A stretch of 64,000 bases of DNA from Octopus sinensis (lineage: Eukaryota), in assembly GCF_006345805.1 (NCBI RefSeq), contig NC_043014.1:33480001-33544000 (forward strand). Direction: 5' to 3'. Position 1 is the stretch's first letter. Each line of letters opens with the position of its first letter. Shown here piece by piece: positions 37,901-51,525 of this stretch. A model generated the notes under the pieces. That model had not been told where the DNA came from. It saw only the letters and a program-made list of their open reading frames with translations, and did not search any database. Made by a program: the position numbers and the translations under genes.

Positions 37901-39439
37901 AAAAAAAAAAAAAAGAGATCCTTTGTAGTTTAAATGATTGTCTTGCAGAAGTTATGGTGTTCGGTAAAAGCCATCTAGCTTGTAGAAATTGTTGATTTTT
38001 CTTCAAGCATTGTAGATTGTGTTCTTTAGCCTTCAGATTACTTCAGCAAACATAATGCTTGTTTGGTCACTTTTTTGAATTAATCATGCATTGTCTTGCA
38101 ATCTTGAAATCCTGATGACGTGATTGTTTATTTTTAGAATGACATTGTAAGGTAGGTGAGAAAAGCTGGAGCTGGTCAGTTTGAACATAAAACAGGTCAA
38201 ATATTTTGGCTGGATATGGCCTGTTTAAATGCTAAAGGGTTGAACTGTGGCAGTACAGCTATGAGCAGAGGTCTTGGCTGAGGACAAATAACGGAATTTG
38301 GGCTGTGAGATTTAGTTGTGTGGGGAATGTGGCGAGCATACCTATGAAGATGGTCTAATGAGAAACACTAACTCACAAGCAAATTGAAACACATTTTTGA
38401 ATGTGGTTTGAACCTAAATCTAAATATTCGAACCACTTGCCTTAGAATAACGAATAATACTGAATTGATATTTAATGATAAACATTATCATCATCATTTA
38501 ATGTTTGTATTTCATACTGGCATGGATTGCACCTCATACTAACCATTAAGCCCAATCCTTTGTCTCTGGAACATCAGCCCTCTGGGATCTTCTCCCAGCA
38601 GATGTTGGCCAGCAACAATTTAAACAAAACATTAATGACATCAATCTAACCAGTCTCAGAAGACCTGCAAGGACCAGAAAATCAATCCCTTCCTCTTGAC
38701 TCATCAGATAACTAGCCAGAAGGCTGCACTGGACTCCAATGTCTGCTTGGCAAGGTTTCTACTGAATGTTCTTTCCAATGCCAACCAATTTACAGATACT
38801 GTGTGTTCTTTACATAGCACTAGCCCAATTTGAAGAAAAAAAAAGTTTTATAGCTAATTATTAATATTTTCATAATGATTTATTAAATATCATCAAAGCA
38901 TATCATTAAATCCATTTACTATTTAACATAAAAGACATTAATTATCATTAAAATGTTTAATTGAATGTCATTAAAAATTTTAATTGTGCATCATTGAAAA
39001 TTTTAATAGCTTACTTATCTATCATAAAATATTCTAATAGATTATCATTAAGAATTTTAATTGATTATAATTGCTTTATGTGGTATGGGGAATGGTATGC
39101 CAAAGAATAGATCCAATGTATTCTCTGCATGTTATAAAGAGTGATTAAAAGAGATTGAAGTAGGCTTTGCTTCTGACCTCATAAAACCCTCACCAGTAAT
39201 GACTACTTAAATAGACCCATCAAGTTCTCTCCTTTGGGGAAGTACCTTGACTGCCTACAAGGCCTGGTAGACAGGATAGGTATGAGAGTTGTTGCTTGAG
39301 TGGTGCAAAGTAGTCAGCCACCAAGAGTAGAGAATACTGACAAATGGTTGATGCAGAGATGCACTGCAACAGCATATGCCCCCATACCTAACCTGATCTG
39401 ATAACACTGTGCTGCAAAATTTTTATTTTTGCTTTGTCT

Positions 39440-40275
39440 CTGGTTAGTAAGTGTTATTTCGTATTGGCTTATATCTAGGAATCAAAGGAAATAACTACTA
39501 TTCCCTTCAAACTTTGCTATTATGACCTGGACATCAATATTTTGAAACTGACCTATTTTCCATTACATTTCAGACTGATTCAGCATTGAGTTACTGAAAC
39601 ATATATTGTTATAGCAAATATTCTGCTCATTACCACAGATTTGCTTGTCAGTTGCTTCACCTTAACCACTTGAGCATGTCCTTTAGTGATTGACAGTATG
39701 TGCATCTCTGATCATGAGCAAGAGTAGCAGGAATAGTGAGTTGAGAGAGATTCTTTGGGGTTTCTAATAAATGTAACAAAAGCAAAGTTTGAAGGAAATA
39801 TTAGCAGCTTTTCATACTTTTTAGAGGTAAGCAAACAGAAAATAACAGTTGCTACCCAAGGACAAAGATTGTGTTACACAGTGTTATAGATTACAGTGGT
39901 TGGGACATGGACATCAATATTTTGAAACTGATCTATTTCCCATTACATTTCTGATTGATTCAGCACTGAATTGCTGAAGCAGAAATATTGTTATAGCAAA
40001 TATTCTGCTCAATACCACAGATTTGCTTGTCAGTTGCTTCACCTTAACCATTTGAACATGTCCCTTAGTGGCCAACAATATGTGCATCTCCGATCATGAG
40101 CTGGAGTACTGGGGAAGCATCATAGCTATGTGTTGAGAGGGATTTTTTGGGGTTTGAACAAATGTAACAAAAACAAGTTTGAAGGAAATATTAGCCATTA
40201 TTCATACTTTCTAAGGGTAAGCAAATAGGAAATAACAGTTGCTACCCAAGGACAAAAACCATGTTACACAGTGTG
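39440..40275 (+). mobile_element. Tandemly duplicated ~370-bp DNA-transposon-like repeat
   Basis: 39528-39900 is similar to 39909-40275; inverted family member at about 55640-56070. Confidence 0.7.
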
Positions 40276-40338
40276 ATTGCTTTATTATTGATATTTCACC
40301 GAAGAACTGAAAAATATGATAAAAAAAAAACAACTCAC

Positions 40339-40431
40339 TTGTGGGAAAAGTGCATTGTAGAGGTTTTCTAGATATGGTTCCATAATCATGCTTCCTTCTG
40401 AACAACCAGCGTCCAGCACCATACAGAGGGC
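40339..40431 (-). CDS. MROH1: MROH1 exon E7 (93 nt)
   Basis: ctttcag|GCC...CAA|gtgagt; ALCMVLDAGCSEGSMIMEPYLENLYNALFPQ. Confidence 0.92.
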
Positions 40432-41412
40432 CTGAAAGAGTAGAAAGACAGAAATATGTAAATTAGTAGAGGTATGTAGATAGACTATTTTCATTGGTTG
40501 AGATGGTTGACATCTCACACATGCCATGCTAATTTTACTCTCAGATCTTCAGGACCCTAAATATAGATAGTAAAAATCTGTTGAGGAATACCATAGGATT
40601 ATAACTACCAATTGAGCATTGGGGTCATAACATAACTATATCAGTTTAGAAAGGCCTGAAAGGTTAAGGAAACCACATTTTATATCTTCACATCTTCAAG
40701 TAAATTAAAAAAAGAAATGTAAGATGAAATAGTTAAAACCAGTACTTTTAACAGCTATTTAAACCAAAATAACAACAGGAAAAAACAACTACTTTTAACA
40801 GACAGTTAAACCAAAATACCAGTATCAAAAGAAGGAACAGTAAAAACTAATATTGATTTGAAATTTTGGTACAAGACCAGCAAGTTTAGAGGAGGGGGTG
40901 AGTTGATTACATCAAGCAGTGCTCAACTGGTACTCATTTTATCAAAACTGAAATGACGAAATGCAAAGTCGATGTCAACAGAATTTGAGATCAGAATGTC
41001 GTATTTCATCAGAGTTGAACATGTTTTCACAGATAGCTGGAAGTGAGAGACACCATTTGTATGACAGTGATGTTCATTTTTTATCAGATGATGTCAAGAC
41101 AAAAAGAGACCAACATCACACGCACATATGTACATATACATCACATTTTATTCAGTTTCTCATAAAGCTTTAGTCTACTAAGGACTGTAGAAGAAGACAC
41201 TTGCCCAAGGTGTCATACAGTGGGACTGAACACAAAACTATGTGGCTGAACTTCTTAATCATGCAGCCATGCCTATGTCTATACTTTAAACTCCATTCAC
41301 AGCACATTTGAGTGATTGGGGAAATAATTTCATAACATAAGGGGTAAATATTAAAAAAAATTATAATAAATAAATATATATGAATACGATAAAAAAATAA
41401 TTTCAACCAAAC

Positions 41413-41553
41413 CTGGGTGATGTGAAAAGATACTTGATGTTTCTTGTAGAGTCCAAGAATTCCATGAATAAGTTTTGGAAGCTGCTCTTCCAAGTCATTC
41501 CGGTTCATGATATGGGTCATTGGTCCTATTGCTTCTATCACAGCTATTCGCAG
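41413..41553 (-). CDS. MROH1: MROH1 exon E6 (141 nt)
   Basis: tttttag|CTG...CAG|gtttgg; LRIAVIEAIGPMTHIMNRNDLEEQLPKLIHGILGLYKKHQVSFHITQ. Confidence 0.95.
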
Positions 41554-41691
41554 CTAAAAAAATACAATAAAACATGATATTAAAATGTGAGTGTGTGAGT
41601 ATGTGCTTGTTCTTTGAAAGTAAATATGATGATACACATTTGAATTTTGAATAAAGAAAACAAGTGATCAAATATTATATTTAATTGAAAT

Positions 41692-42716
41692 TTAATCATC
41701 AATGTACTTTCCTTGATTATCTATGACTTCCTCCCATCTATTTACAAGCTTTTTAATCTCATCAATATAAAACTCTTTTGGTTTCAAATCGAAGAACTCT
41801 GAAATGTCAGTTTCGACCTCCTCCTGGCTTGTGAAAGCTATGTCCTCTAAATGGTTCTGTAAGCTTTGAGACAAATGGTAGTCTGAAGGACCAAGGTTGG
41901 GAGAATAAGGTGGATGAGGAATTTTTTCCCAACCAAGCTCTTCAATATTCTGTGATATGATCTTTGCAGAGTGGGGTCGCGCATTGTCCTGATGAAACAT
42001 CACTCCTTTTCTATTCACTAAAGCGGGTCTTTTTTTTCTTCAAAGCTTGGTTCAAACGCTCTAATTGCTGACAGTAGACTTGAGCATTGATTGTTGCATT
42101 AGGTGGTAACAATTCAAAGTGAATTACTCCTTTGTAATCCCACCATATAGAGAGAAAAACCTTTTTTCCATGAAGTTCCCTTCTCGGTTGTGGTTGAACT
42201 TTTCCCCTTTTACCAAGCCACTCTCTTTTACTCTTTTACTTGTTTCAGTCATTTGACTGCGGCCATGCTGGAGCACCGCCTTTAAAAAGTATCATGACCC
42301 CGACGTTTACGATGTTTAACATTTTGATAGAAGATCCATTTTTCATCACCAGTCACAAGTCCATCCAAAACAGGTGAAATGAGTTTGCGAGAATGGAGAG
42401 AAGAGCAGATGTCAATTCAGGATTTGCGGTTGCTTTTGGACAATTCACGAGGCACCCATTTTCCAAGTTTAGGAACCTTTCCAAGTTGTTGAAGATGACA
42501 ATGAACAGTTGTATGGTTTGAACTAACTTTATTGCCAATTCTTCAACTGATAATGCAAGATTTTCTCCAAGTAATGCCTCAAAGAGCTTATCATCAAACT
42601 CAACTGGACGTCCAGTTCAATCTTCATCTTCAAGGCTGAAATCTCCACTTCTGAATTTTGCAAATCGTCTTCTGCAAGTTCTTTCATTCGAGCATCCTTT
42701 CCCATAAACTGAGTGT
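41692..42716 (-). pseudogene. Decayed mariner (DD34D) transposase
   Basis: FAKFRSGDFSLEDED, FHQDNARPH, HPPYSPNLGPSDYHL; frameshifted; SINE fragment inserted at about 42226-42284. Confidence 0.88.
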
Positions 42717-42924
42717 CTTGCAACCTTTCGCTGTTCCTCCTCCTGTCCTCGTCTCTCTATCTCCCGTCCATTGCCGCTGCCCAAAACTGGCTCTCTTGCT
42801 TTTACACAAACACACACACACAAATCAATTGTATTATGTTTAATCGGTCAGTAATGTCCATGAATGAAAGAAGATCATTATGATTCATTACAGACTTAAA
42901 AACAACAACCAACCACTTACTAAC

Positions 42925-43076
42925 CTTTGCTTCTTTAGACTGTAGCCAAACATTGAAAAGTATGTCATAAGCAGCTGATATTTCTCTGGCAAACATCACT
43001 TTAGAGACTGTAGGATCAGGGGCTTTCTCAATGTTAGCAATGTACTCTAGAATTGCTTCGCTGAAGTGTTGTAAAA
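42925..43076 (-). CDS. MROH1: MROH1 exon E5 (152 nt)
   Basis: ttccag|TT...AAG|gttagt; VLQHFSEAILEYIANIEKAPDPTVSKVMFAREISAAYDILFNVWLQSKEAK. Confidence 0.95.
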
Positions 43077-44954
43077 CTGGAACCAAAAAACAAGGAATTA
43101 AGAGGTTGTAAATAACTGACATATGGGAAACAGATACATAACAGATACACCGGATTATCAGAAAATTAACAAATAAATAACAGATACACAGCTGACCACA
43201 TGGAGATTGACAACAAGCATAACAGATACAAAAAGGACAGTCGGCACACCAAAAACACAGATAGACAAGCGACAGACAACAGATTGTTGTTAAGTACACA
43301 GAAGATACTCTACAGTTAGACAGTAGACTACCAACCTTATCTCTTTTAACAACAAAGACACTACTCATATCAAAACATCATTACACCACATCCCCTCAGA
43401 ACATGACTGGCACTCAGCTAAAGGCCTCAGAGTTGCTCCAAGTCTTAGCCCTCACTATCACTGAGGATCTCTCCTGATGAAAGCACATCCTTAGCATAGT
43501 TAGGACTGCATCCCAAAGACTAGCCCTTCCCTTTAGGACCAGAACATATTCTAGTCTCCAACAGCAGAAGATATTTTAGTCCCCAATGGGTAACATATAC
43601 ACAAAAGACTACAGACACATAACAGACTGATAACAAATAGATGCTTTCAAATGATAGACAATGCATGACAAACATTTATTCAATACACACACAACAGCAG
43701 ATTGCTAACAAACAGAAAACATTCACAGCAAATAGACAATAGGCAGACATCAGATTACTAAGATACAAAGCAAACTGGAAAGAGATGATTAGGTATGGCT
43801 GTTGGGGATCTAGTGATTTGGTGTGACAGACTGGACTTTGAACCTGTTTTTGGCAACAGTAGTTTTTGGCACTGAAGGCAAACACACACACACACACACG
43901 TGTGCAGAAATATACACATACAGATAGAGTGAGAGATGGACATTGAAAAGTCCATTAACCCTTTGGGAGATGTTGGGAGACTGCAGCTATGCAGTGTATT
44001 TAGGGTGAGAAAGCCTGATGGAGCCTGTCCCTCTCCAGGCTAATCTCATTTCTACAGCTGAGTGTACTGGAGCAACATGAAATGAAGTGTTTTTGCTCGA
44101 GAACAGGATAGATCACCCGATCCAGTGAACAAAACCACAATTTTACAGTTGCGAATCCAACACCCTAACCACTAAGTGACACGCCTTCACTAGTGGTATT
44201 CATTTCTACAGTTGAGTGGACAAGAACAATGTGAAGTGAAGTGAAGTGTTTTGCTCAAGAACACAACATATCATCTGGTCCAGGGATTGAAACCACAATC
44301 ATACAATCTTGAGTCCAACACAATTTATTAATTGAACATGACTACCATAAATACTTTCCCTCCCCTTGTCAACATGAAGAGAAATATGCTCACACACACA
44401 CACACATATATATAGAGAGACAGACAGACGGACAGACAAATAGACAAACAGAAAAGGAAAGTAAAGAGGAGAAAGGGAAATCAAGAATGAGAGAAAAATT
44501 AAAACATTTGCTGTCAAACATGTCAGCATTGGCTCAGCAACACCAAATAGACAAGGACAAAATATCTCAGATGCACAACAAAAATACAATAGATAGCCAA
44601 CAAACAGATATACAACAGACAGACATCAGATTATTAGTTAACTGACAACACACACACACACACACACATACACATACACAAGATATGCATCAGACATACC
44701 AGATAAAAAAAAAAAAAACAGTTACAATATTCTCAGTTTAAATAACTTGAAATATGAGCCTATACATGAGACATACTTCAAGTTATTTGAGTCATTGATG
44801 AGTGTCATGTTCATGGATACAGCAGAGCAGAGCACAAACAGTATAAAGCACTCATTTTTGAAACAGTACAACAACACTTTCTGTACTCAGATCCATGCAA
44901 CTGCAACCCTCAATACTTGTGAGACAAAAAGTAGACAGGCTATGAATTGAAATT

Positions 44955-45425
44955 TCACTTTTGGATTTGGTTTGCAGGATTCTTTATGTGAGTTCATGTG
45001 TTGAAGCATACTTTGTTGTGTCTGGAGAGAGGCATTTTCTTTTAGTGCCTTATTACTTAACACACTCACCAGTAAAGTTTCCATTCATTAATTATTTATT
45101 TTTCCTAAAATTTTAATTGTCTCTTGCAACCTTTTCAACAGCTAATAGTTGTTGAAAAGGTTGTAAGTCTACTGCACACAGGTCTACTGCAGAAGGACGG
45201 GCACCAGCGCGGGTCGAAGCAAGAGGGTTGGTTTCGGGCAGCAGTACAATGCGGCAGCGGACAGGAGATAGAGACGAGGATGGGAGGAGGAGCAGCAAAA
45301 GGTTGCAAGACCCAACAAAAATTTTAGGAAAAGTAAATAAGTAAATGAGTGGAAACTTTACCGGTGAGTGTGTTTAATAATAAGGTACTAAAAGAAAATG
45401 ACTCTCCCAGACACAACAAAATATG
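44955..45425. mobile_element. Fold-back element, TTTTGGATTTGG family, copy 3 with GC-rich spacer
   Basis: Arms about 45008-45135 and 45297-45425; spacer with an inner hairpin and GC-rich 45170-45296. Confidence 0.7.
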
Positions 45426-45510
45426 AATTGAAAATTATTAGGAATTTTAAAATTAAAAAAAAAAAAGAAACAGAAAAAAGAGTGTAAAAGAATCATGAAT
45501 GAAAACTGAC

Positions 45511-45609
45511 CATTACAGAAAACCCATCTCATATTGTCTTGTTTAGCCATACCCATCATGGGTAGAATTGCACCCAGACTGGCATTGATGTGAGGCATCA
45601 TGTCAAACA
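45511..45609 (-). CDS. MROH1: MROH1 exon E4 (99 nt)
   Basis: tttacag|TG...G|gtcagt; VFDMMPHINASLGAILPMMGMAKQDNMRWVFCN. Confidence 0.93.
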
Positions 45610-47640
45610 CTGTAAAAGAAATAGAAAGAGAGTGACTGTAATGATTGAGATAGGAAGAATATTTCAAGCATGGAAATGGTACAGATGCAAGTTATTAATT
45701 GAAAATTTATTCAGTTGAATGGAGACAGGTAATAAAAAATTTACTAACTGATACATACAAAATTATCTAAACAGCTATAAGAATCTACTATAATACTCTT
45801 GTGTTTTTCTCCGTCACAACATATGAATGAGAAAGGAAGGGGTGATAGATGAATAAGGAAGGAAGGGGTGATAGCAAACATGGTAGTGAGATGATGGAAG
45901 TCCTACAGTGAAAAACAAAAAAAAAAATCAACCAGTGTTTCAGCTCTGTGTGAGAATATGTGTGTGTGTGTGCAATGAAAGTGGGATGGTGAATATTCAA
46001 CACTGAAAAGAAAAATCAAACAGTGTTTCAACTCTGTGTGAGTATATGTGTGTATGTGTGTGCATTACAAGGGGAGTATGTGAATGGTTGTATCAATGAT
46101 TATTATGTACCTTATTTATACATAAAATACTACAATTAGCTGCCATTTTTGACAGCACAGAGCCAGCTAGTTATTATTATAATTATTAATAAGGTGGTGA
46201 GTGGAGGCACATAGCCTAGTGGTTAGAGCAGTGGGCTTACGGTCGTGGGATTGCGGGTTCAAATCTCAGACCAAGTGATGTGTGTGTTTATGAGTGAAAC
46301 ACCTAAGCTCCCACGACTCTGGTAGAAGGTAATGGCGAACTTCTGCTGACTCTTTCACCACAACTTTCTCTCACTCTTTCCTCCTTCATCTTGTAGCTCA
46401 CCTGCGACAGACCGGTGTCCCATCCAGGTGGGGAACCTATATGCCAAGGAAACCAGGAAACCAGCCCTTATGAGCCAGGCATGGCTTGAAAAGGAACAAA
46501 CAATAAGGTGGTGATCTGGCAGAACTGCCAGCACGCTGGGCAAAATGCTTATTGGCATATGACCTGTCGTTATGTTCTGAGTTCAAATTCCAGCAAGGTT
46601 GACTTTGCCTTTCATCCTTTGGAGGTCGATAAAATAAGTAGCAGTCAAGCACTGGGGTGATGTAATCAACTTACCCTCCCCCAAAATTACTGGCCTTGTG
46701 CCAAAATGTGAAAATATTATCTTTATTATTAATTAGGTGATGAGCTGGTAGGTGCTAGCACAAAATGCTGACATTTCATTTGGCTCTTTATGTTCTGAGT
46801 TCAAATTCTACAAAGGTCAACTTAGCCTTTCATCTTTTTGGAGATCAATAAAATAAAATACCAGTCAAGCGCTAGGGTCAATGTAATTCACTTGCCCTAC
46901 CCCCTCTCTCAAAATTGCCTGCTTTGTGTCAGAATTAGAAAAAAATTATTATCATTATTAGCAGTGAGCATTGATCAAAATGTCTGGCAGCATTTCTTCT
47001 GACTCTATGTTTTGAGCTCAAATCTTGCTGAGATCAAATCTGGTTTCATTACCATGTCTCTGCCTTCATAACACAATGGTGACAGCCTGATGCCTATGTA
47101 AGAAATCAATTTGATTATGAAAGAACCAACTCAATTATTATGAGTATTAGATTGATTAGGAGAATTAGTGAAGCAAAAAAATTTTTGCTCTGTGGTATAA
47201 TCATATCTCTTCATGACCTGAGTACAAAAATCTTTTCAATCATTCTAACATTAATAGAATAAAAAGAACAAGGCCAATAATGGATTTGATTAAATCAATA
47301 ATTCTCTCTCTTGAATTAGCCATCATATGCTAATAACATAAACCATTATGTATGGTAATGGCTTGAAGAAGATATTGCAGATTACATTCAAAGGAAGTCT
47401 ATGGCAAAGATTCCTTCATCAACAAACTATAACAACATTCTTGAGAATGAATCTGGAGGCCATTATGCGGTTACGTGATTTGCTACAAAAAGCAGTCAAA
47501 TCTTCAAATCATAACTTAACTGTCTTTAACAAATCCCATATTAGATAATGTGGTCTTGGGTTATCAACACTAGAAAAGACAGGATAGACATAGTTAGATA
47601 ACAATGATAACAATATTACAATGAGTAATATCAATGATAT

Positions 47641-48200
47641 GGGATTTTTACCTTTTGACGTACAGATTTAAAAAATAATTTTTTGTAACTAAACACTTTC
47701 AAACTTCGGACACTGGTAGAATGTGTCATATAAAACATGTTTTACTGTTAGCATTTTTGAGGAAAACATATTTGTGAAGTAATTTCACATCAAAGTAGGC
47801 TTATTTTGGTAATTTCAACCAATCAATAACGAATATTCAGCTGAATAAAATTACTGCCGTTGTTTGTCAACAAGAACTTCTCGCAGTGTATATTTCCTTT
47901 GTCACTGTTATTTATGACAACCCTAACCCTAAAACCCTAACACCCTAACCCTAAAACCAGTACAAATGCATGAATGATGTCATAAAAAACAGTGACAAAC
48001 GAAAAATACACCACCGATAGTTGTTGTTGACAAACAACGGCAGTAATTTTATTCAGCTGAATACACATCATTGATTGGTTGAAATTACCGAAATAGGCCT
48101 ACTTTAACATGAAATTACTTTGTAAATATAAGTTTTTCTCAAAAATGCTAAGAGTAAAACCTGTTTTATATGACATATTCTACCAGTGTCTGAAATTTGA
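47641..48200. mobile_element. Fold-back DNA element with ~220-bp arms around a telomere-like spacer
   Basis: 47700-47919 is inverted at 47978-48200 (diverged); spacer AACCCTAACCCTAAAACCCTAACACCCTAACCCTAA. Confidence 0.8.
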
Positions 48201-49852
48201 ACACAGTGGCAGAATATGAAAAGATGCATGCTATCTCAAAGACAAAGGCAATAACTTTGGTAGGTAGATGCTGAAGGACACCATGAACTATTCAAGAGAC
48301 TTTCAGAACATCAAAGTAGAAACTGTATCATGATATGTGCTTTGACATAGAATTGCAAGAAAAAAAACTGTCTGAAGAACAATGCCACCATGCTAAAATA
48401 TGAGAAGCTGCAATATATTACTTATTTTGGACTTAAAACAATGGGACATCCACTACTCTTTTACTTGTTTCAGTCATTTGACTGTGGCCATGCTGGAGCA
48501 CCACCTTTAGTCGAGCAAATCGACCCCAGGACTTATTCTTTGTGAGCATAGTACTTATTCTATCAGTCTCTTTTGCTGAACTGCTAAGTTACGGGAATGT
48601 AACACACCAGCATTCATTGTCAAGCAATGTTGGGGGACAAACAAAGACACACATACATATATATGACGGGCTTCCTTCAGTTTCTGTCTACCAAATCCAC
48701 TCACAAGGCTTTGGTCAGCCCGAAGCTATAGTAGATGACACTTGCTCAAGGTGTCACACAGTGGCACTGAACCCGGACCTATGTGGTTTGTAAGCAAGAA
48801 CTATTATTCCTTCTGACTAAAATAATTTTAATGATCACAGCAACTAGTAGCATGCAACACCATCACCTCACAATTACCAATACTTTCTAGTCTATTTCTA
48901 CTATTACTACTACCGGTAATAATAATAATTATTATTATAATAACAATAATACATACAAACATGTATTTTCTAATTATTAAAACTGTTGGTCAATTGTTCA
49001 AGACTTTATAAAAAAAACCAAAACATTTGACAATTGCTAAAATTGCTACTTTCCAAAATATTGTTTAAAAACTGCTAACATATATATTGTTGCTTTGTGT
49101 CAGTTTTTCTATGCTAGCAAGGCTTGGATATTTGTCACAGTGTCTTATAGCCATTCATCATCTGTCACATATGAACAGCGACCAAGAAAACCAGCTACCT
49201 TTATTGTTATTTGTTATATTTCACATTTAGTTTCTGGTATGCTTTTTACAGCTGGATACCTTTCTTGTTAACAACCACTTTATAGCATGGCCTGGTCTAT
49301 TTTATCAAGCCAAACAGTACAAGAGAGGGTGTCTGTAAAGACTAAGGACCCCTCTCTATCAGTTTTTATCAGGTGTAGCCAAGGGTATGTGTATTTTACT
49401 TTGCTGGGTGGGTCTTCTCAAGCACAGAATATCACCAAATGTTTCAATCCTTTCTCACCACCACTGTGAAGCTTAATATCTGAAGATCATTTCTCACCAT
49501 TTTATCCCATGTCTTCATGGGTCTTCCTCTTCCATAGGTTCTCTCCACATTCAGAGATAGGCACTTCTTTATGCAGCTGTCATCATCCATATGCATCACA
49601 TGACATTATCAGTGCAGTCTTCTCTCTTGCACACTACAACTGATGCCTTTTATCCTCTTTTACTTTGTTCAGTCACTTGACTGTGGCCATGCTGGAGCAC
49701 CACCTTTAGTCAAACAAATTGACCCCAAGACTTATTCTTTGTAAGTCTAGTACTTATTCTATCAGTCTTGCTGAACCACTAAGTTATGGGGATGTAAACA
49801 CACCAGCATCAGTTGTCAAGTGATGTTCGGTGACAAACACATTCACACAAAC

Positions 49853-49924
<72 letters not shown>

Positions 49925-49936
<12 letters not shown>

Positions 49937-50400
49937 TTAGAAACAAAACCACTATTATGCAAATCAAACAAAGAAACACTTAATCCAATGCATAAAAAAT
50001 TTTATATAAATTAAATATAATTAAGATTAATTAAGATATCCACTACGATCGTTTCTTGTCACTTCAATGGACATTCATCAGGTGGTTTCAAGACCTACTA
50101 TGCAATTTTGAACTATGAAGTTCATAGTTCAAAATTGCATAGTAGGTCTTGAAACCACCTGATGAATGTCCATTGAAGTGACAAGAAACGATCGTAGTGG
50201 ATATCTTAATTAATCTTAATTATATTTAATTTATATAAAAATTTTTATGCATTGGATTAAGTCTTTCTTTGTTTGATTTGCATAATAGTGGTTTTGTCTC
50301 TAATTAATATTATATTATATTTCTATAAAATTGGATTCAATCCTAAATCTGATTTTTCCCTGTAAATTTGGATTTATTCCCTAATATTTATTATTATATA
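49925..50400. mobile_element. Near-perfect 391-bp palindrome plus 85-bp head, Penelope-like, in a (TA)n tract
   Basis: 195-bp arms, 2 mismatches, 1-nt centre at 50120; a hammerhead motif in each arm. Confidence 0.85.
50155..50200 (+). ncRNA. Type I minimal hammerhead motif (mirror copy at 50040-50085 on the minus strand)
   Basis: CCAC-CTGATGA-A TGTC cattgaagt GACA A-GAAA-CGATC-GTA-GTGG; palindromic helix III ACGATCGT; A.A mismatch at the base of helix II. Confidence 0.65.
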
Positions 50401-51085
50401 TATATATATATATACATATATACGATGGGCTTCTTTCAGTTTCTGTCTACCAAATCCACTCACAAGGCTTTGGTCGGCCCGAGGCTATAGTAGAAGACAC
50501 TTGCCCGAGGTGCCACGCAGTGGGACTGAACCCGGAACCATGTGGTTCGTAAGCAAGTTACTTACCACACAGCCACTCCTACCTAATTTCTCTCGCAAAA
50601 CATTTACAATTTAGTCATACATACTCACTGGCATCATGCATCCAGCAGAGCATGCTGGGTTCATTCCTTTCAAGTCTTCCCATGTCTTCTACATCACTTG
50701 ATCAATCAAGCTGCCAGTCAACTTATATACATGACAAATCTGGTCACTTCAGAGAATTGGAGCTAGCAAATTGCATACCGTAAGTGCTTAGCATTTTACT
50801 TAATATCTGTGGTCTACCAATGGAGATCCCAATCCACACAGTATCAAGATATGACATAATATATGTAAATCTATGCAGTACCAAAGGTATGATATACATA
50901 CATATATGTTATAATCCTTAAAATGTTGGATTGATATAACGTCCACTTCAGTATACAGTATTCTTAGTAAAACTAGTAAAGAGACAACTATGTCTTGACT
51001 GCCTACTACATAATCTCTTTACTTACAGTGACTAGGTTATTCCATTCACCATGTGGGAGGTATGTACCATTATTACTGATTCCCT

Positions 51086-51117
<32 letters not shown>

Positions 51118-51487
51118 CATCATTATCGTTTAACATCCGCTTTCCATGCTGGCATGGGTTGGACAATTTGACTGAGGACTGGCAAACCAGATGGCTGCAC
51201 CAGGCTCCAACCTTAATCTGGCAGAGTTTCTACAGCTGGATGCCCTTCCTAACGCCAACCACTCCGAGAGTGTAGTGAGTGCTTTTACATGCCACCGGCA
51301 TGGGGGCCAGTCAGGCACTACTGGCAACGACCTCGCTCAAATCTTTTTAAACATGCCACCAGCTCAGGTGCCAGTAAGGCAATGCTGGTAATGATCATGC
51401 TCGAATGGTGCTTTTTACGTGACACACACACCTGTATGCCTATCTATTGTGTATGTGTATGTATATGTGTGTGTGCATGTGTGTGTG

Positions 51488-51525
<38 letters not shown>

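Noticed and set aside
43475-43500. Other CTGATGA/TCATCAG hits (43475, 41989, 41005, 38701, 15218)
   Set aside because: No GAAA core or helices; they fall in transposase, SINE, LINE or exon sequence.
47080-47560. Possible RT remnant (also 20620-20850, 21420-21600, 53620-54060)
   Set aside because: Coding-like composition, but too decayed to assign any motif by eye.
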